Below, in pieces: positions 16,230 through 29,391 of a stretch of DNA of 64,000 bases. Each line of letters begins with the position of its first letter. Position 1 is the stretch's first letter. Below the pieces are notes generated by a model, which was not told the origin of the DNA, did no database searches, and worked only from the letters and a program-made list of their open reading frames with translations. Source of the stretch: Eledone cirrhosa (taxonomy: Eukaryota); contig OZ024741.1 of NCBI GenBank assembly GCA_964016885.1, positions 281,790,001-281,854,000 on the forward strand, in the 5' to 3' direction. A program made the position numbers and the translations under genes.

Positions 16230-16395
16230 GCATGATAATGACGATGATGGCAATGACAAAATGATCATGACGATGATGATGACAAAGAAATGATAATGAT
16301 GATGATGAAATGATAATGACAATGATGAAATGATGATGATGATGAGAATGACGAAATGTTAATGATGACGATGATGACGATGATGACATGATGAA
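16230..16395. repeat. Degenerate (GAT/GAC)n microsatellite
   Basis: Direct reading. Confidence 0.9.
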
Positions 16396-17194
16396 TCAAT
16401 CATAGAATGAGGGTGGGAATAAAGCTGTGAAAGAAGAACAGTAAATACTATTGTTAAAATAGAAAGAATATAAAGAGCAAGCTGCACTATACAAAAGGCA
16501 GGGACAGATGTTGAAACAGATAAAAGTAAATCAATTTCTTGTATTTAAAAACAGATAAATTCAGCTTTAAATGTCATAAAGGAATTACAAAGAAAACAAC
16601 ATCTGAGGTTTTTAAATCTTTATAAAAGAATTTATATGAAGAGTTTCTTTTTTGTTTTTGTTATTTTTGGCCTCATTTATAAAATGTTGATGTGTCAATT
16701 TATAAGAAGTAAACGTTTTTAAATCTCCTAAATATAATATAAAAGAAGGTTAAAGGTGAAAGTTGGTCTCTTAACCCCGTTGTTAAATTTAAACCTACCA
16801 TTTTTAGTAACATTAACAAAATATATTTCAAAACTTGTAAATATAATTAAAAAAAGACTGCATAAAGTGCTCCTTTTACAATCTGTCATGAAAAGGATGA
16901 TAGTTTTTTTCCTATAATCCTTCTCAATGGCCTCACTAGCCTGATTAACAAATTCTCAATAATGAACCATTTCATTCCATTCCTAAGAACTTTATATTCT
17001 CTTATTTGTAAATAGTGTATCATACTTTCTTCCTTTGTACACCTTTTTTATATTTCAAATTTATACACAGCTAGTTAAATAAATAAGTAAAAAACATTTT
17101 TTCCGAAAATATTCAAGAATTTGGAGGTATTTTTGTAATATAAAATAACACCCATTATTAAAGTGGAGTTTGGAACATAACTTAGCAAGTGCCC

Positions 17195-17547
17195 TAATGG
17201 ATTAAAAGAAGGATCAAGCAACGAAAGAAAGGTAAAGGGCATTCACTATACCCCAGTCTGAGTGGTGTCTCAGCTGCTCCCCACAGATAAAACGACAAAA
17301 GCATACCACGGGGCTCCTTCCTCAAGGGGACCACCATCTTTCCAACTTTATGGAGAAAATCAGCAGTGTGGGGACCAGAGGTCTCAACAGAGACCAATGC
17401 AAAGAGGAAGTGGTTGGTCAGGCCCTAGTATTTGATTATCTTCCTCTGCATTGCAGGCAGCAGAACCTGGGTTTGTGGGCTGGAGGTGGAGAATGAGTTG
17501 CTGCACATCACGTCCCAAATTAGGGATTTGCTCCCCCTCCTCGAAAA
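17195..17547 (-). mobile_element. CRE-like (restriction-like endonuclease) non-LTR retrotransposon 3' fragment
   Basis: Minus strand reads GSKSLIWDVMCSNSF, KIIKY, VETSG..PHTADFLHKVGK..KEPR; homologous to 56160-56770. Confidence 0.8.
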
Positions 17548-17762
17548 GAGGGGGAGCAAATCCCTAATTTGGGATGTGATGTGCAGCAACTCGTTACCCC
17601 CACACTGCTGACTTTCTCCATAAAGTCGGAAAGATGGTGGTCCCCTTGAGGAGAGAGCCCCGTGGTATGCTTTTGTCGTTTTATCTGTGGGGAGCAACTG
17701 AGACACCACTCAGACTGGGGTATAGTGACTGCCCTTCCCCTTTCTTTCGTTGCTTGATCCTT
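17209..17762. repeat. Nested fold-back of the CRE-like fragment
   Basis: 17209-17373 pairs with 17598-17762 (~95%). 17495-17539 pairs with 17548-17592 around an 8-nt loop. 17374-17494 is absent from the right arm. Confidence 0.95.
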
Positions 17763-18108
17763 TCCTTTTTTCTATTTTTCTTCCTTTTCTGTTCCCTTTA
17801 ATAGTATTTTGTTTTTCTTAGGTATTGCTCAATACGTACTTGTACATTACATTGATAAAATCTTGATGGAAGTTTTTTAGATAAATATAACCACTTTAAA
17901 AGAAAACAGTTTTGTATTGTAGAACTAGGAATTGTTTCAGGCAGTTTTAAAAGGGTTAACCTCATCATTACTATATTTCTAATCAAAGATACTACCTATA
18001 ATTTCCAAATAATTTTAAATATATATTTGGTAATATAAGATTACTTTCATATAATTAAGGTGGTGATTGGAACATAATTTAACAAACATTCTTACATAAA
18101 ATTATTGT

Positions 18109-18407
18109 TATAATGAAACCTCAGTTCATGAACTTAAATCATTCCCGAAGGCTGTTCGTTTCTGAAATGTTGAGAGAGAAAGAGACTGTGTGTGAAAGAC
18201 AGATAGATATATATCATGGTAACTAACTACACAGCAAGTGATGCTTTCCTGCCGATACTCCAAGCTTGTTACCAACTGTTGTTGCCAGTATCCATGTTTG
18301 TTACTCAAGACACCGTTCATGAACTGAGACATTTCATGTTCATAAAAATTGTTTGTGAACTGATTTGCCCCCGATGAGAGGCATTCGTGAACCAAGCTTC
18401 CACTGTA
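18109..18407. mobile_element. Tigger/pogo-like MITE
   Basis: Degenerate TIRs ta-taatgaaacctcagttcatgaac / attcgtgaaccaagcttccactg-ta. Confidence 0.65.
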
Positions 18408-18852
18408 TAGATGTTATATAAAAACTTTAAAATAAACTGGTTTGTATCATAAAACCAGAGAGTCTGTTTCAAACAGTTTGGTGTAAAAAAAATGTTAAAA
18501 GGCTTGGTGGGCTACAACTCAGCTTTGATTGCTGGTTATAACAATTTTATTTCTCTCATGTCACTAATTCACTAATGCACTTGTGAAAGACATGTACATA
18601 ACATATGGTTACCCTTTGTTACTTATGCAAAAAAAGAAAAAAAAGAAAGAAAGATAAGACAAAAAAAAAAAAAAGAAAGAAAGATAAGACAAAAATCAAT
18701 ACCGTGTTGACACAGGAGAAACTGCATTCATAGCAACTGAATGGCTATTGTGAAATTAAACAATCAAACACTGAGACACTCTACAGACACACTAAGGAGG
18801 GAAATAGATCCTTAATAACTCAGCAATTAGATAAGTTAAAATACATAATTTA

Positions 18853-19045
18853 CAGGTATGAATGTAGGGTTAGGGAGTTTGCTTCACAACCACATGGTTT
18901 GGGATTTATTCCCACTGCATAGCACCTTTGGTAAGTGTCATCTACAATAGCCTCAGATCCACCCAAGTTCTGGGAGTGAATTTGAGTCTTTCTCAATGCT
19001 TTATGAATGAAATTTGGTAGACAGAAGTTGCATAAAAGCCTGTCT
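18853..19045 (+). mobile_element. tRNA-derived SINE, second family
   Basis: gtttgcttcacaaccacatgg..cccactgcatagcacctttggtaagtgtc..gaatttggtagac. Related copies at 30283-30425 and 52155-52250. Confidence 0.7.
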
Positions 19046-19639
19046 TACATACAGTATTATACATATATATTAAAAACAAAACAAGGTTTCACATTAAGAT
19101 TTTTATTGATGATACACTTACAAACATTTCACAAATGGGTGGCTCAAGATCCATGTTAATGTTATAGACCCAAGTCCAGCCCCAATCTGCTCATCAGACT
19201 TGTTAATCAAGCAAAACTAAAATCTCTGACAGCAGCCTGTCCCAAACAATGTACACACACATATGGGTATGGACCAATCAATGCACACAGACATACTTCC
19301 AACCACACACACACACACACACACACACATGTACACACACACACAGTAAAAGGTAAAGAACCTCTATGGTTGCAAATAGCCATGGGTTTTACAGCTAGAA
19401 AGTTCCCCTCGAAGCACAAGAGCAGGCAAGGTGTTTTGTCGTCCATGCATACCTGGACTGAGTAGTTAGTTTTGTTGTGAAAATATATGAAATTATTTCA
19501 CATTCCCATGTAACTTTGAATTGAGAACAATCTAAACATTCCTTTGCTAGTCTATTATTCATTCTCTCATCACTGTAACAACCAAATGCCAGATTTAACC
19601 ATCTAATTTGTATAAGGAATTTGAAATTAGTGGTTCCTT

Positions 19640-19870
19640 TTAACTATGTCATATGTAGACAATGTAACTCCTCATACATTGGAAGTACCATCTGGATGCT
19701 GCACTTACAAACCAAGGAGCACATGACAAGAGCTTCATAAAAAAAAAAAAAACACCTTGACAAATACCACAGCCAACACATTGAGGTCGCCATAGAGATG
19801 ATGGAAATTTATGAATCGAAAAGGCTCTAATAATGAGCATACAAAAGCCACAAATGAATAGATTAGAACT
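19640..19870 (+). mobile_element. Penelope-like element GIY-YIG endonuclease relic
   Basis: Reads ICRQCNSSYIGSTIWMLHLQTKEH ... KHL ... IEKALIMSIQKPQMNR, the CxxC-YIG-T-R-EH and EA-I-P-N pattern of Penelope endonucleases. Contains stops and frameshifts. Confidence 0.7.
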
Positions 19871-19939
19871 GCATGGAATAGGGTGGTTACTATAAATGCT
19901 CCAAACACTTAGACTAGTTAGGGAAGAACATAATCGTTC

Positions 19940-20085
19940 ATTTTGTTTTGCACCGTTTTTGTTTTTACATTTGGAAAGAGGATACTAGCCCTGAAATATG
20001 TTGAAATATTGTTTTTCTGTTATTTGTTATCCTTTGTCCTTTATATATTTCTACTGCATTGTACTGGCTTCCTGAAATACTTATC
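19940..20085. mobile_element. Fragment of the palindromic MITE family seen at 58262-58612
   Basis: ttctactgcattgtactggcttcctgaaatactta matches ttctactgcaatgtactgacttttaaaaaactta. Confidence 0.55.
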
Positions 20086-20599
20086 ACCCATTTATATAAT
20101 AAATATTATAATACATGTTAAAACTGTTTTCTTTTCTATTATATTTAAGGAAATGAAACCAAAATGTTGAAATATCTGCTGCATATATGCTTACTTATTC
20201 CATTTCCTGCTTGAAAGGAGATTACAAAAATCACAAAATTTGAAGTTGGAAATGGTAATCATTCTTCTAATTGTAGTTTAGTGATTATTATTTTCAGGCT
20301 AAGGAAGTAAGGCATAACAATTTGTAAGCCACACCTGTAAATAGCTTGTTCCAGGATCTTATGAGGAATTGTGTAAAATACTTTTATAGATTTCATTATA
20401 TGTTTTCAAAGCATTTTTGAAAATGCTTGGTTGTCTTCTCTACTTATAATATTCTAAAGGAAATTATAATGGCATATTCAACAAGTTAATACCTTCTATA
20501 AATATTCTAATAGAGTCTTGTTACATTAGAAAATATTCAGAATAGAATATATTGTAGAGGAAGGGATTGTTTTTATACACGTTGTTCATAAAAGGCTTG

Positions 20600-20875
20600 A
20601 GAGGTGGCAAATTAGCAAAGTTATTAGAGCGTATAAAATGCTTTGTGGTATTTGTGTTTAAATCCTGCTGAGGTCAACTTTGCTTTTCATTCTTTCAAGG
20701 TCAATAAAAAATGTACCAGTCCAAATACACACACACTCTCTCTCTCTCTGAGACAAAGAAGAAATTAGCTGTGTTCAAGCCTGGAGAAGAGATGGGCTCT
20801 GCCAGATATAAAATGTCCAGGACGCCATATATAATGATGGCAGCCCATAAAATTCCAAGAGTTACAGGTCCATAT
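20600..20875 (+). mobile_element. SINE with long 3' extension
   Basis: Core gaggtcaactttgcttttcattc, then ctggagaagagatgggctctgccag. Confidence 0.75.
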
Positions 20876-21479
20876 ATACACATAAGATATTCAAATATTA
20901 ACTGAATAAGTAAATAAATGTGAGCAGAGTATCAGTTTTATTTTCCAAAGAAAAAGGTGGCAGTGACTTTGATGTTTTGGCATTGATGCTCTGTCAGACC
21001 AAATATATTTAAGTTTTTCTGTTGTATTACATATAGTGTTTAAATGTCATGAGTTCTAAACAGGTGTTCTGGAATATTCTAAAAAATAATACTTCTTAAA
21101 TACACAATAAATATTTCTAGGAGCATGAAAAGAAAAAAAAAATTAAACATTATTTTGAGAAGATACCACTTATCATACGGGCATTGTAATCAGTTAGTTG
21201 CCAATTTTATCTTTTGGCAACTAATAAGATGCTATCTACGAACAGCAATGATTTTGTTTTGGCACCTGAACTGGCAAAAGTGTGTGATGTAGAAATTGTT
21301 AGTTTCAGTAGCCAAGAGGAAAATAGGAAAACATGTTATTGCATTGTTAGGTTCTTCTGATAACTGTACAAGCTGGAGGAAATGTTTCCAAACTGACTGA
21401 GCTGTCAATTGACATGTGCTTTGATTATTAATCATGTCATTTTATTTTTATTTATTTAATATTGGTTTATATGTAAATA

Positions 21480-21810
21480 TCAGACAAAATACTTTGTTTT
21501 GTAGCATTTAGTTACAACCCTTTACATTCTGAATTCAAATCTTGCTGAGGCCAACTTTGCCTTTCATCCTTCCAGAGTCAATAAAATAAAGTACCAGTCA
21601 AGTACTGGGCTGTCTTAATTTGTTAGCAGATTGATGGATTGGTCGGGTGTCAGATAAAGAGCCAATGCAAAATTTGTTCAGGCTCTTTACATTCTGAGTT
21701 CAAATCTCACCAGGGTTGATAAAATAAAATACCAGTAAAGTACTGAGGCTGATATAATCGACATCACTTTTCCCTAAATTGCTGGCCTTGTACTTAAAAT
21801 AGAAATCATT
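21480..21810 (+). mobile_element. Two tandem SINE copies
   Basis: ctgaattcaaatc...gcctttcatccttccagagtcaataaaataaagtaccag, then a second copy ending gctggccttgtacttaaaatagaaa. Confidence 0.75.
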
Positions 21811-22749
21811 ATTAATAGCATCATTTTAATATTGTTTTTATGCTTGGTTTACACGTAAATCATTATTAGGTAATAACGGCTCCAATTTCAAGTAGTGGCT
21901 TACTTCCAAGAAACTGTCAGCTCTTCATGTTCCAACTAAGAAGTCAATATCAAATTTAATATCTATCTGCAATACTCACTTGGCATGCTTTGGATTCATC
22001 AATCAGTTTGAATGTCATTTTGAAGATTTACAATCATTACACCTCGTACATTCCAATGTTGTTGGCAAACAGAGCTAATATACACATGAGAGGAATCTTC
22101 AGTCTGGCTACACATATGACAACCTCTAGTACTGGTGCCACAATAAAATGCACTCAGTGCATCATGTAAGGTGGTTAGTGTTAGGTAGAGCATCAAGCCA
22201 TAGAAACAATGCCAAATATGGAATGCATGAGCAAGACATATTTCTCCAGCCAATATAATCTTGGACCATGTCAGCCTGTCCAATTAATACCAGCATGGAA
22301 AAAGGTCATAAAATGATGATGATTGATGATTTGAATATAAGTTATATGAAAAAAATACAGTTACATATTGATATTGAAAATCACCTTTTACCTATATGAA
22401 ATACATAATTTTTGAACCCTTCCCTACCATATAATCTAACGAAAGATACTGCCTATGATTTTCAAATAATTTTGAAAATAATCAAGAATTTGGAGAGAAT
22501 TAGTAATACAACTAACTTTCTCATTATTAAGCTGATTATTACCTAGATATATGAACAATCAGGAAATTTGCATTTTGATAAATTAATGGTTTACACAAGA
22601 GAAACCCTATAGTTTATGTAGATTACTGACATGCTCAGATGGTGGTGTTAAGCTGGGCAACCGATCAAGTCTAGGCTACAGTGAGATATGAATTCAGATC
22701 ACAAAGAACTAGAACAAACACTATCCAGTGTTCTAAATAACTACCAGTT

Positions 22750-23132
22750 AACTACCATAGACCGACACTTTAAGGAACCTGGACATTTTTTTATAACAAA
22801 ATACTGTTGCATGGCATGGTCCCACCACTCTTGAGAGAGTCGTAGGGGTGCTGTACTGACATGCAATATTTCTAGGGCATTTTAAAACCTGGCAGAGCCC
22901 ATCTCCTCTCCAGGTCTGAAAACAGCAAATTTCTTCCAGGGAAGAGGGGGAAAGGAAGAGAGATATAGATAAAGGAAGAATTAACCCCAGTACATGATTG
23001 GTACTTTTTTTATTGACCTTAAATGGATGAAAGGCAAAGTTGACTTTGACAGGATTTGAACAAAGAGCAAAGAGGAAACGAACACCACAAAGCTTACTAT
23101 ACGCCATTCTAATGACTGTCAATTTGCTGCCT
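22750..23132 (-). mobile_element. SINE with long 3' extension
   Basis: Same architecture as 34530-34845, 43590-43920 and 57670-57982. Confidence 0.8.
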
Positions 23133-23934
23133 TCAAAATACTGGTAACCTTCATCAAATTTAAAAACCACATAGTATATCAACAAAGACAAATTATTATT
23201 CCCATTATGGAAACTTAATAAGGAAAGTTCAAAGTTCACCATTTTGCTATTCTTGGTTCCATACATTAAACTAATGGCAATACATGCAACATTTCACAGG
23301 AATATTAAATAGACTTAAAGACACAATAGTAAATATAATGTAGGCATATGGCATGGCTAGTGTTTGGGGAGTGTGAGTGAAAGGAATGTCATATATATAT
23401 ATAAACATTCCTTTCACACACTCACCATAATCCTATATATATATATATATATAAATGTATATATATCAGTAGCATCCTGCCTGTTTCTCTGTGCTATCAT
23501 GGATTTTTCTTAATATGAATTATGTCTTATATTAAATCCAGTTTGGTTGGTAGAAATGATTGACGATGCTGGTTAAGTAGTTGACACATCTTCCTCACAT
23601 GCTTATATTCCAATAGAAGGAAAACAAAGTTGGTTTTTACCCACCCACCCCCTCCACACACGCACATCTTCCCTGCATCCAATATGCCCATATCACAGAT
23701 GGAAGGCCGAATGGCAAGTGAGGACAACCATGGTTTAAAACATTTAGTTTCTATTACTATTAGTATTACTAATACAATTTATTTAAGCTAAATGATGTTG
23801 AAGAGTTTCTGAAAAAAACAATGAAATTATTTTTAATAAATTTATGAAATTAAAATTCTTTTTCTTGCAAAATGTCCTTGTAAAACTAGGGGCCATCTTA
23901 TACAAAAGGGCGTCCAATAGGCCAGCAAATACAG

Positions 23935-24452
23935 TATATTTATCTAAAAAAAAAACCTTCCATCATAATTTTATGTAAGGACATTTAAGTTATGCTCCAA
24001 ACACTAGCTGAACAAATTATATTACTAAATCCCTTCAAAGTCTTAATTTTCAAAAAATATTTGAAAATCACAGGCAGTGTCTTTTATTAGAAATATCCAT
24101 CCATCAATTTTATGAGAACCTTTGTTAAGTTATGTTCCAAACACTAGCTTAATAATGAGACAGCTTAGTCATAATATGAAAGCCATTCAAATTTGATTAT
24201 TTTCAACATGATTTGAAAATAATAGGCAGTGTCTTTTGTTATATAGTATAGGATTAACGTGCTTATATTTATTTAAAAACATTCCATCATAATTTTATGT
24301 GAGAACCTTTAAGTTATATTCTGGATACCAGTTTAATAATTAGAAAGTAAGTTGTATTACTAAATCATTTCAAATACTTCATTATTTTCAACACGATTTG
24401 AAAATCATAGGTAGAGTGTTTCATTAGAAATATAGTAACAAATGGTTTAAGA
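23935..24452. mobile_element. Three tandem partial copies of TTAA MITE family A
   Basis: The unit ccatcataattttatg..gttatgttccaaacactagc..ggcagtgtctttt repeats at about 23960, 24100 and 24284. Confidence 0.7.
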
Positions 24453-26759
24453 CATTACTAAAAAAAATGTGGACCAGATTAAAAAAAAAAAAAAAAAATC
24501 ATTCTCCCATTTGGCAGTCATATAGTGGTAATAAAAATTAAATGATGAAATGTTTAATTCAATTAAATCATAACTTTATTCAACTAAAATATTTGAAATG
24601 ATGGGTTTCATTATTTATAACAGGGCCCTAACAACCAATAAAAAAAATTAATTATTATATCAGATGATTAACTTTTCCATCTAAGACACTGAAATGATGC
24701 TTTAGAAAACAGCATACCAAAGTACCATAAAGAGAGAAGGGGAGTGGGGGGGGGGGATAAATGGGAAAAGAAAAGAGAGGGAGGGAAGAAAGGAAAGACA
24801 GAGTGAGTGAAGAAAAGTGAAGGGGAAGAAAATGGGAATGGGGCAATATAGAGGGAGGGAAAGAAAGACAAGGAAAGAGAGAAAAGGACAGAGAGAAAAG
24901 GACAGAGAGAAAAGGACAGAGAGAAAACAAATCCAAATTGACTAGCAGAAGCAGTTTATGTTGAAACTGTATTACAAGAGAAAAGAACTTATCTCAATGC
25001 TCCTAAAATTTGGATGTTAGCAAAATATATTCAAATGAATTAACTAATCTATAATGAAGTTAGTCATTATTAAAGACTACATGAATATATATCTTTAATG
25101 GACTTTGGATGTACAGATGAAGAACTTTGAAAAATTACTATTTCCTAATCTTTTCAAAGAATTATTTTAGAACTGGACATACCATTATCAAAGTTTTTTT
25201 TTTTTTTAATCCCTATCCCAAAACCAGTCTCTTTGAAAGTAGAATGAAATGATTTAAAGAAACAGTGTATTTCAATACTAGACATAGTGTTATCTAACGT
25301 TCCTTTGAAAATAACGTGAAATGAGTTGAAGAAACATCATCTCAAAACATTGGTGTTTGGATCGAGAGAATACTTTGATAACTCCAGGACATTTTTCAGT
25401 CATGCTCCCAAAACTCTCACAGTTGGCAAGCTAAACTTAGTGAGAGACAGGCACTACGAAGGCACATTGAAATGCCATGGTGAACACACAGGTAAACATC
25501 TGGAGTGACACTCCAATGACTGGCTACACCAGTTACAGGAATTCAATTTATGCCAACTCCTCTTCCATCCCCATATAAGAACGATATAACAGAAACAACA
25601 GTCATTAGAGATAGTTTAATGTAAATAAGGACCCTGTGCTAGAGAACATTTGGAACCTCAGCACCTATTCACAAGAAACTTCATCACTGTTCAACAACTA
25701 TTTTCTATGCTTGCATGGGTTAGATGAGCTGTCACATTATGAGGCTAGATAGAGCAGATTACCACATCTTGCCCATACAATCAATTATGAGCTTGGCTTC
25801 ATTACATACTTTTAGCATCAGTTAGACAGCATTGTAAACTATATGGATATTTTATGTAGTCAAAACACACACATGTGCACATAGAGTTACACATATCTAC
25901 ATATGCACATCAATACTTATACATTCATTTGCATACATCTTTATGTAATGTTTCAGTACAAACATGAGTATATACTTGTATATATACAGCTACATAACAA
26001 CTTGTATAAACATTTATATAGTCTCATAGTTTCAGGAAACTTCTTTGTGTAAGTGTATGATGAAAGGAAAAAACTGCCACCAAGTATTTCTACATTAACA
26101 TTTACTTGACATTCAATAAGCTTGAAACAATCCATCGTTAAAAAGAATAATATAATCCATTTCTTTCTTTTTTTTCCTCACAATTTTTATTTTAACATAC
26201 ATTACAATATCTCAGAAATAGGATTGTTTTGTCTTGTTTATTACAAACTACCAAAATAGACATTATTATTGAAGTCATGTGAAAATCTTCCACTTATTTT
26301 ATATTGCCTTTTGTTTTATTTATTTATTTAATTCATTTAAATTTTATTTTGGTTTCTGTAAACAAATTTTATTTGTGAAGAATAAAAAAATATTGAGTTG
26401 ATATTGTTTTATTGCATTTTGATACTAGTTTGCTATTTAGAAATAAATTTGTTTTGCTTATTAATTTGTTTTATTTATTTTTCATGTAATTTAACTCTTA
26501 CCATACTATAATTCAAATGTTTATATATCTTTACTAGCAGGCAGATCTGTGAATATTTATCATATTAGAGTAAAACATTTCATTTATATGTGATGTAGCC
26601 ATAGTGATGTTTTGTACTTTTCAAGAATGTCTTGTTAATGTCAAAGTGGCAAATTTGCTGAGTTGTCAGGGGTAGTGAATTTTCAGAGTTCCCAAGAGTA
26701 GTTAATGGAACAGTTGTTGAGGTGGTGAATTGAAAATACCTCAGAGTACAGTTATCCAG

Positions 26760-27010
26760 AACAAATACCGAGTTCAAATCTCAATGAGGTCAACTTTGCT
26801 TTTCATCCTTCCTGGATCAATAGAATAAAGTACCAGTAAATTACTGGGTTGAACGCTATCATTCTGGAAGAAATTGGCAATGCTCCAACCTGGAGAAGGA
26901 TGGAATCCGGAGCTTTGTCAAGTTTAAAATGCTTAAGACATGCCATGTATCAAGAGGGCACTCCCACAATTCCACCCTGTACCACATTGCTAATGTGTCA
27001 CAGGATATTA
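26760..27010 (+). mobile_element. SINE with long 3' extension
   Basis: gagttcaaatc..gaggtcaactttgcttttcatccttcc..ctggaagaaatt. Confidence 0.75.
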
Positions 27011-27164
27011 CAAGTTCAAATAAATTTCTCAAATAGCAATCTCCTTGTTTATACTATTTATTACATGTTAGCACAGTTAAATTAAGGACTGATTCTGTGA
27101 AAAATGTGAGGATCTGACCATAGTTATCATGTGATCAATCTAATAAGCTTCTTTTTTCTTTTTA

Positions 27165-27560
27165 TTCATAACTCCTAGGTGTGCCATTGCGGCATACAGT
27201 GTGTGTTGGGCATTTTAATCCATGCAGACACCATCGTCTCACCCAATACGAACATAGCTGATTTCTTAAAGAGAAAGAGAGAGAGAGAAAGACAGAGAGA
27301 GCGAAAGGGACAAAGAGAGGAAGAGAGAAAGGGACAAAGAGAGGAAGAGAGAAAGTGACAAAGAGAGGAAGAGAGAAAGTGACAAAGAGAGGAAGTGAGA
27401 AAGAGATGCAGAATAAGAATAGACTCAAGTATTGGACTGGTACTTTTTTTTTTATTTAATCAAGGATGAAAGGATGAAACACAAAGTTGAACAAAGTTCA
27501 GAGAGATGGAACAAATAATGCAAATCATTCTATACAATGCTCTATCATTTAATTGGTTTA
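27165..27560 (-). mobile_element. SINE with long 3' extension containing a 24-bp tandem repeat
   Basis: Core at 27465-27490. Unit gacaaagagaggaagagagaaagt occurs about 4 times at 27305-27405. Confidence 0.7.
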
Positions 27561-28344
27561 GCATTTCATACTCAAGTCTGTTTATTAACCAGTCTTAGGT
27601 TAAACCAGAATTAAACAGAATTATAATCATAAAAGTTCCCACTTTTTTTTAGGTGTGACTTCATAGACACCTTTTGGTCATGAAAGGCCATAGGTTTGCC
27701 CAGAGAAAGTTACCCTTCAGTTATTTTGAAATATTCTTGAAAATATTTTATTAAAAATGAAAGGGTTAAAAATAATCATCTTTTTCACCTGTAATAATCA
27801 TACCTATTCTCTGTCCCTCTCACTATAGGAGAGAGAGAGTATTTCACAAGTATTCCTCCTCATTCTATAAAAACTATTTTCTACGCAAGTTTGCAGTCAG
27901 AACAAATACAACAATCCAATTGTTTTTATTTGTTTGTTTTACCACAGACATTCTCTATGGTATAATCTTCTGGCTGTTATGTTATGTTACAATATTTATT
28001 AGCTATAACATCTTGTAATAATTAGCTTCCAGTATATTTAGTATCACACCTATTAACTTTTTTTTTTTGTGTGTGTTTTGTTTTTCTTCCTAATTTTAAT
28101 TGATTCTATGTGAGAACAAGAATTACTAAGAGATTACTCAAGAGGAAATAAAATTATCTCAACAAAGATCTGTACCTATTCCTGTTATCACCACTTTAAA
28201 TTGACTGTTTTCGGTCCTCCACTTCCCCCTTGTTTGTTCTTATTTCTTCAAGAACAGTTTTATTTGGCTTTTTGTTCTGTAGTCTGCATGCTTCTTTTAT
28301 TTACATTATAGTCCTATATGAGCGAGACATGGACACCCGATCAA

Positions 28345-28413
28345 TTTTGCCTCAAGTGGAACAATTCCCGTCTAACCCATGCTAGCGTGGAAGATAGACG
28401 TTACACAATGATG
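28345..28413 (+). mobile_element. RTE extreme 3' end
   Basis: ttgcctcaagtgg..cccgtctaacccatgctagcgtggaagatagacgtt..atgatg. Confidence 0.75.
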
Positions 28414-28427
28414 TTATTTATTTATTT

Positions 28428-28431
<4 letters not shown>

Positions 28432-28522
<91 letters not shown>
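28432..28522. repeat. (CA)n microsatellite
   Basis: Direct reading. Confidence 0.98.
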
Positions 28523-28524
<2 letters not shown>

Positions 28525-29391
28525 ACCAACTTCAATTTGAGCAGGCATTTAAAAAAAAAATAAATGGATTTAAACTATGAATGTCATGAGAAGAGTATAA
28601 AGTTTGTACATGGTATTTTTTTTATTATCATTCTACATCACAATTCTAGTAATATTTTTAGATAAGTGTGAAAATAAATTTACTTTATTCTATACATTGT
28701 ATTTTTCTTGAGGTATTTAGTATATTTTTAAAACAAAAGAAAGGGAAAATAAATTTATTTTATTCATCATAAAATTTACTAAAACTAGCTTTTTTGGGGG
28801 GGGGGGGGGGGTTTACCATTGATAGTGTAGAAGTGATCACCACCTTGTTTAGATTTGTGGAGATGTTTGATTTAATTTAAGGGCCACTGCAGCAGGAGAA
28901 CTCCACTAGCCAGTAACCCAAACTGACCCTTGACCTTATAAAACACGGTGATTTTCTGGGACATTGGGGGGGGGGGTCTTATAAACTGTCAAATACAGCA
29001 ATTAACTCAAACTTTTTTAGTACATTCTCTTACTGCCTTCTGTTGCCACAGGTTTCACCTATATACATATTTTTTATCATTGGTTGAACTCAACTTGTAT
29101 CACTACTTATTAAGCAACTAGTAGAGGCAGCATGAGTGAATGGTTAATAAAGTAACTAGAGAATATAACAGCATGGCCATAGTCTAATGACTAAAACCAG
29201 TAAAATAATAGAACAACCCCTCTCCCCACCCTTCACCCCCACAGAAAAAAATATTCCTAATACAACATTTTCAACAAAGCAATAATGTTTTATAAATCTC
29301 TGAAGTGTAACCTAATACTGTATTGTCAGTTGTATTCAAAGTTTGATTGTAAAAATTTATTTATTTATTTTATTTTTTTTTTTTTTTTTAT

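Noticed and set aside
18126-18395. 89-aa minus-strand ORF as a host exon
   Set aside because: Lies inside a Tigger-like MITE; the apparent acceptor is the TA-CAG terminus.
22748-23266. 172-aa ORF and similar ORFs (EEICCxQTWRGDGLCQVLKC) recurring at 34472 and elsewhere
   Set aside because: The recurrence reflects SINE nucleotide similarity; other copies have stops and frameshifts.
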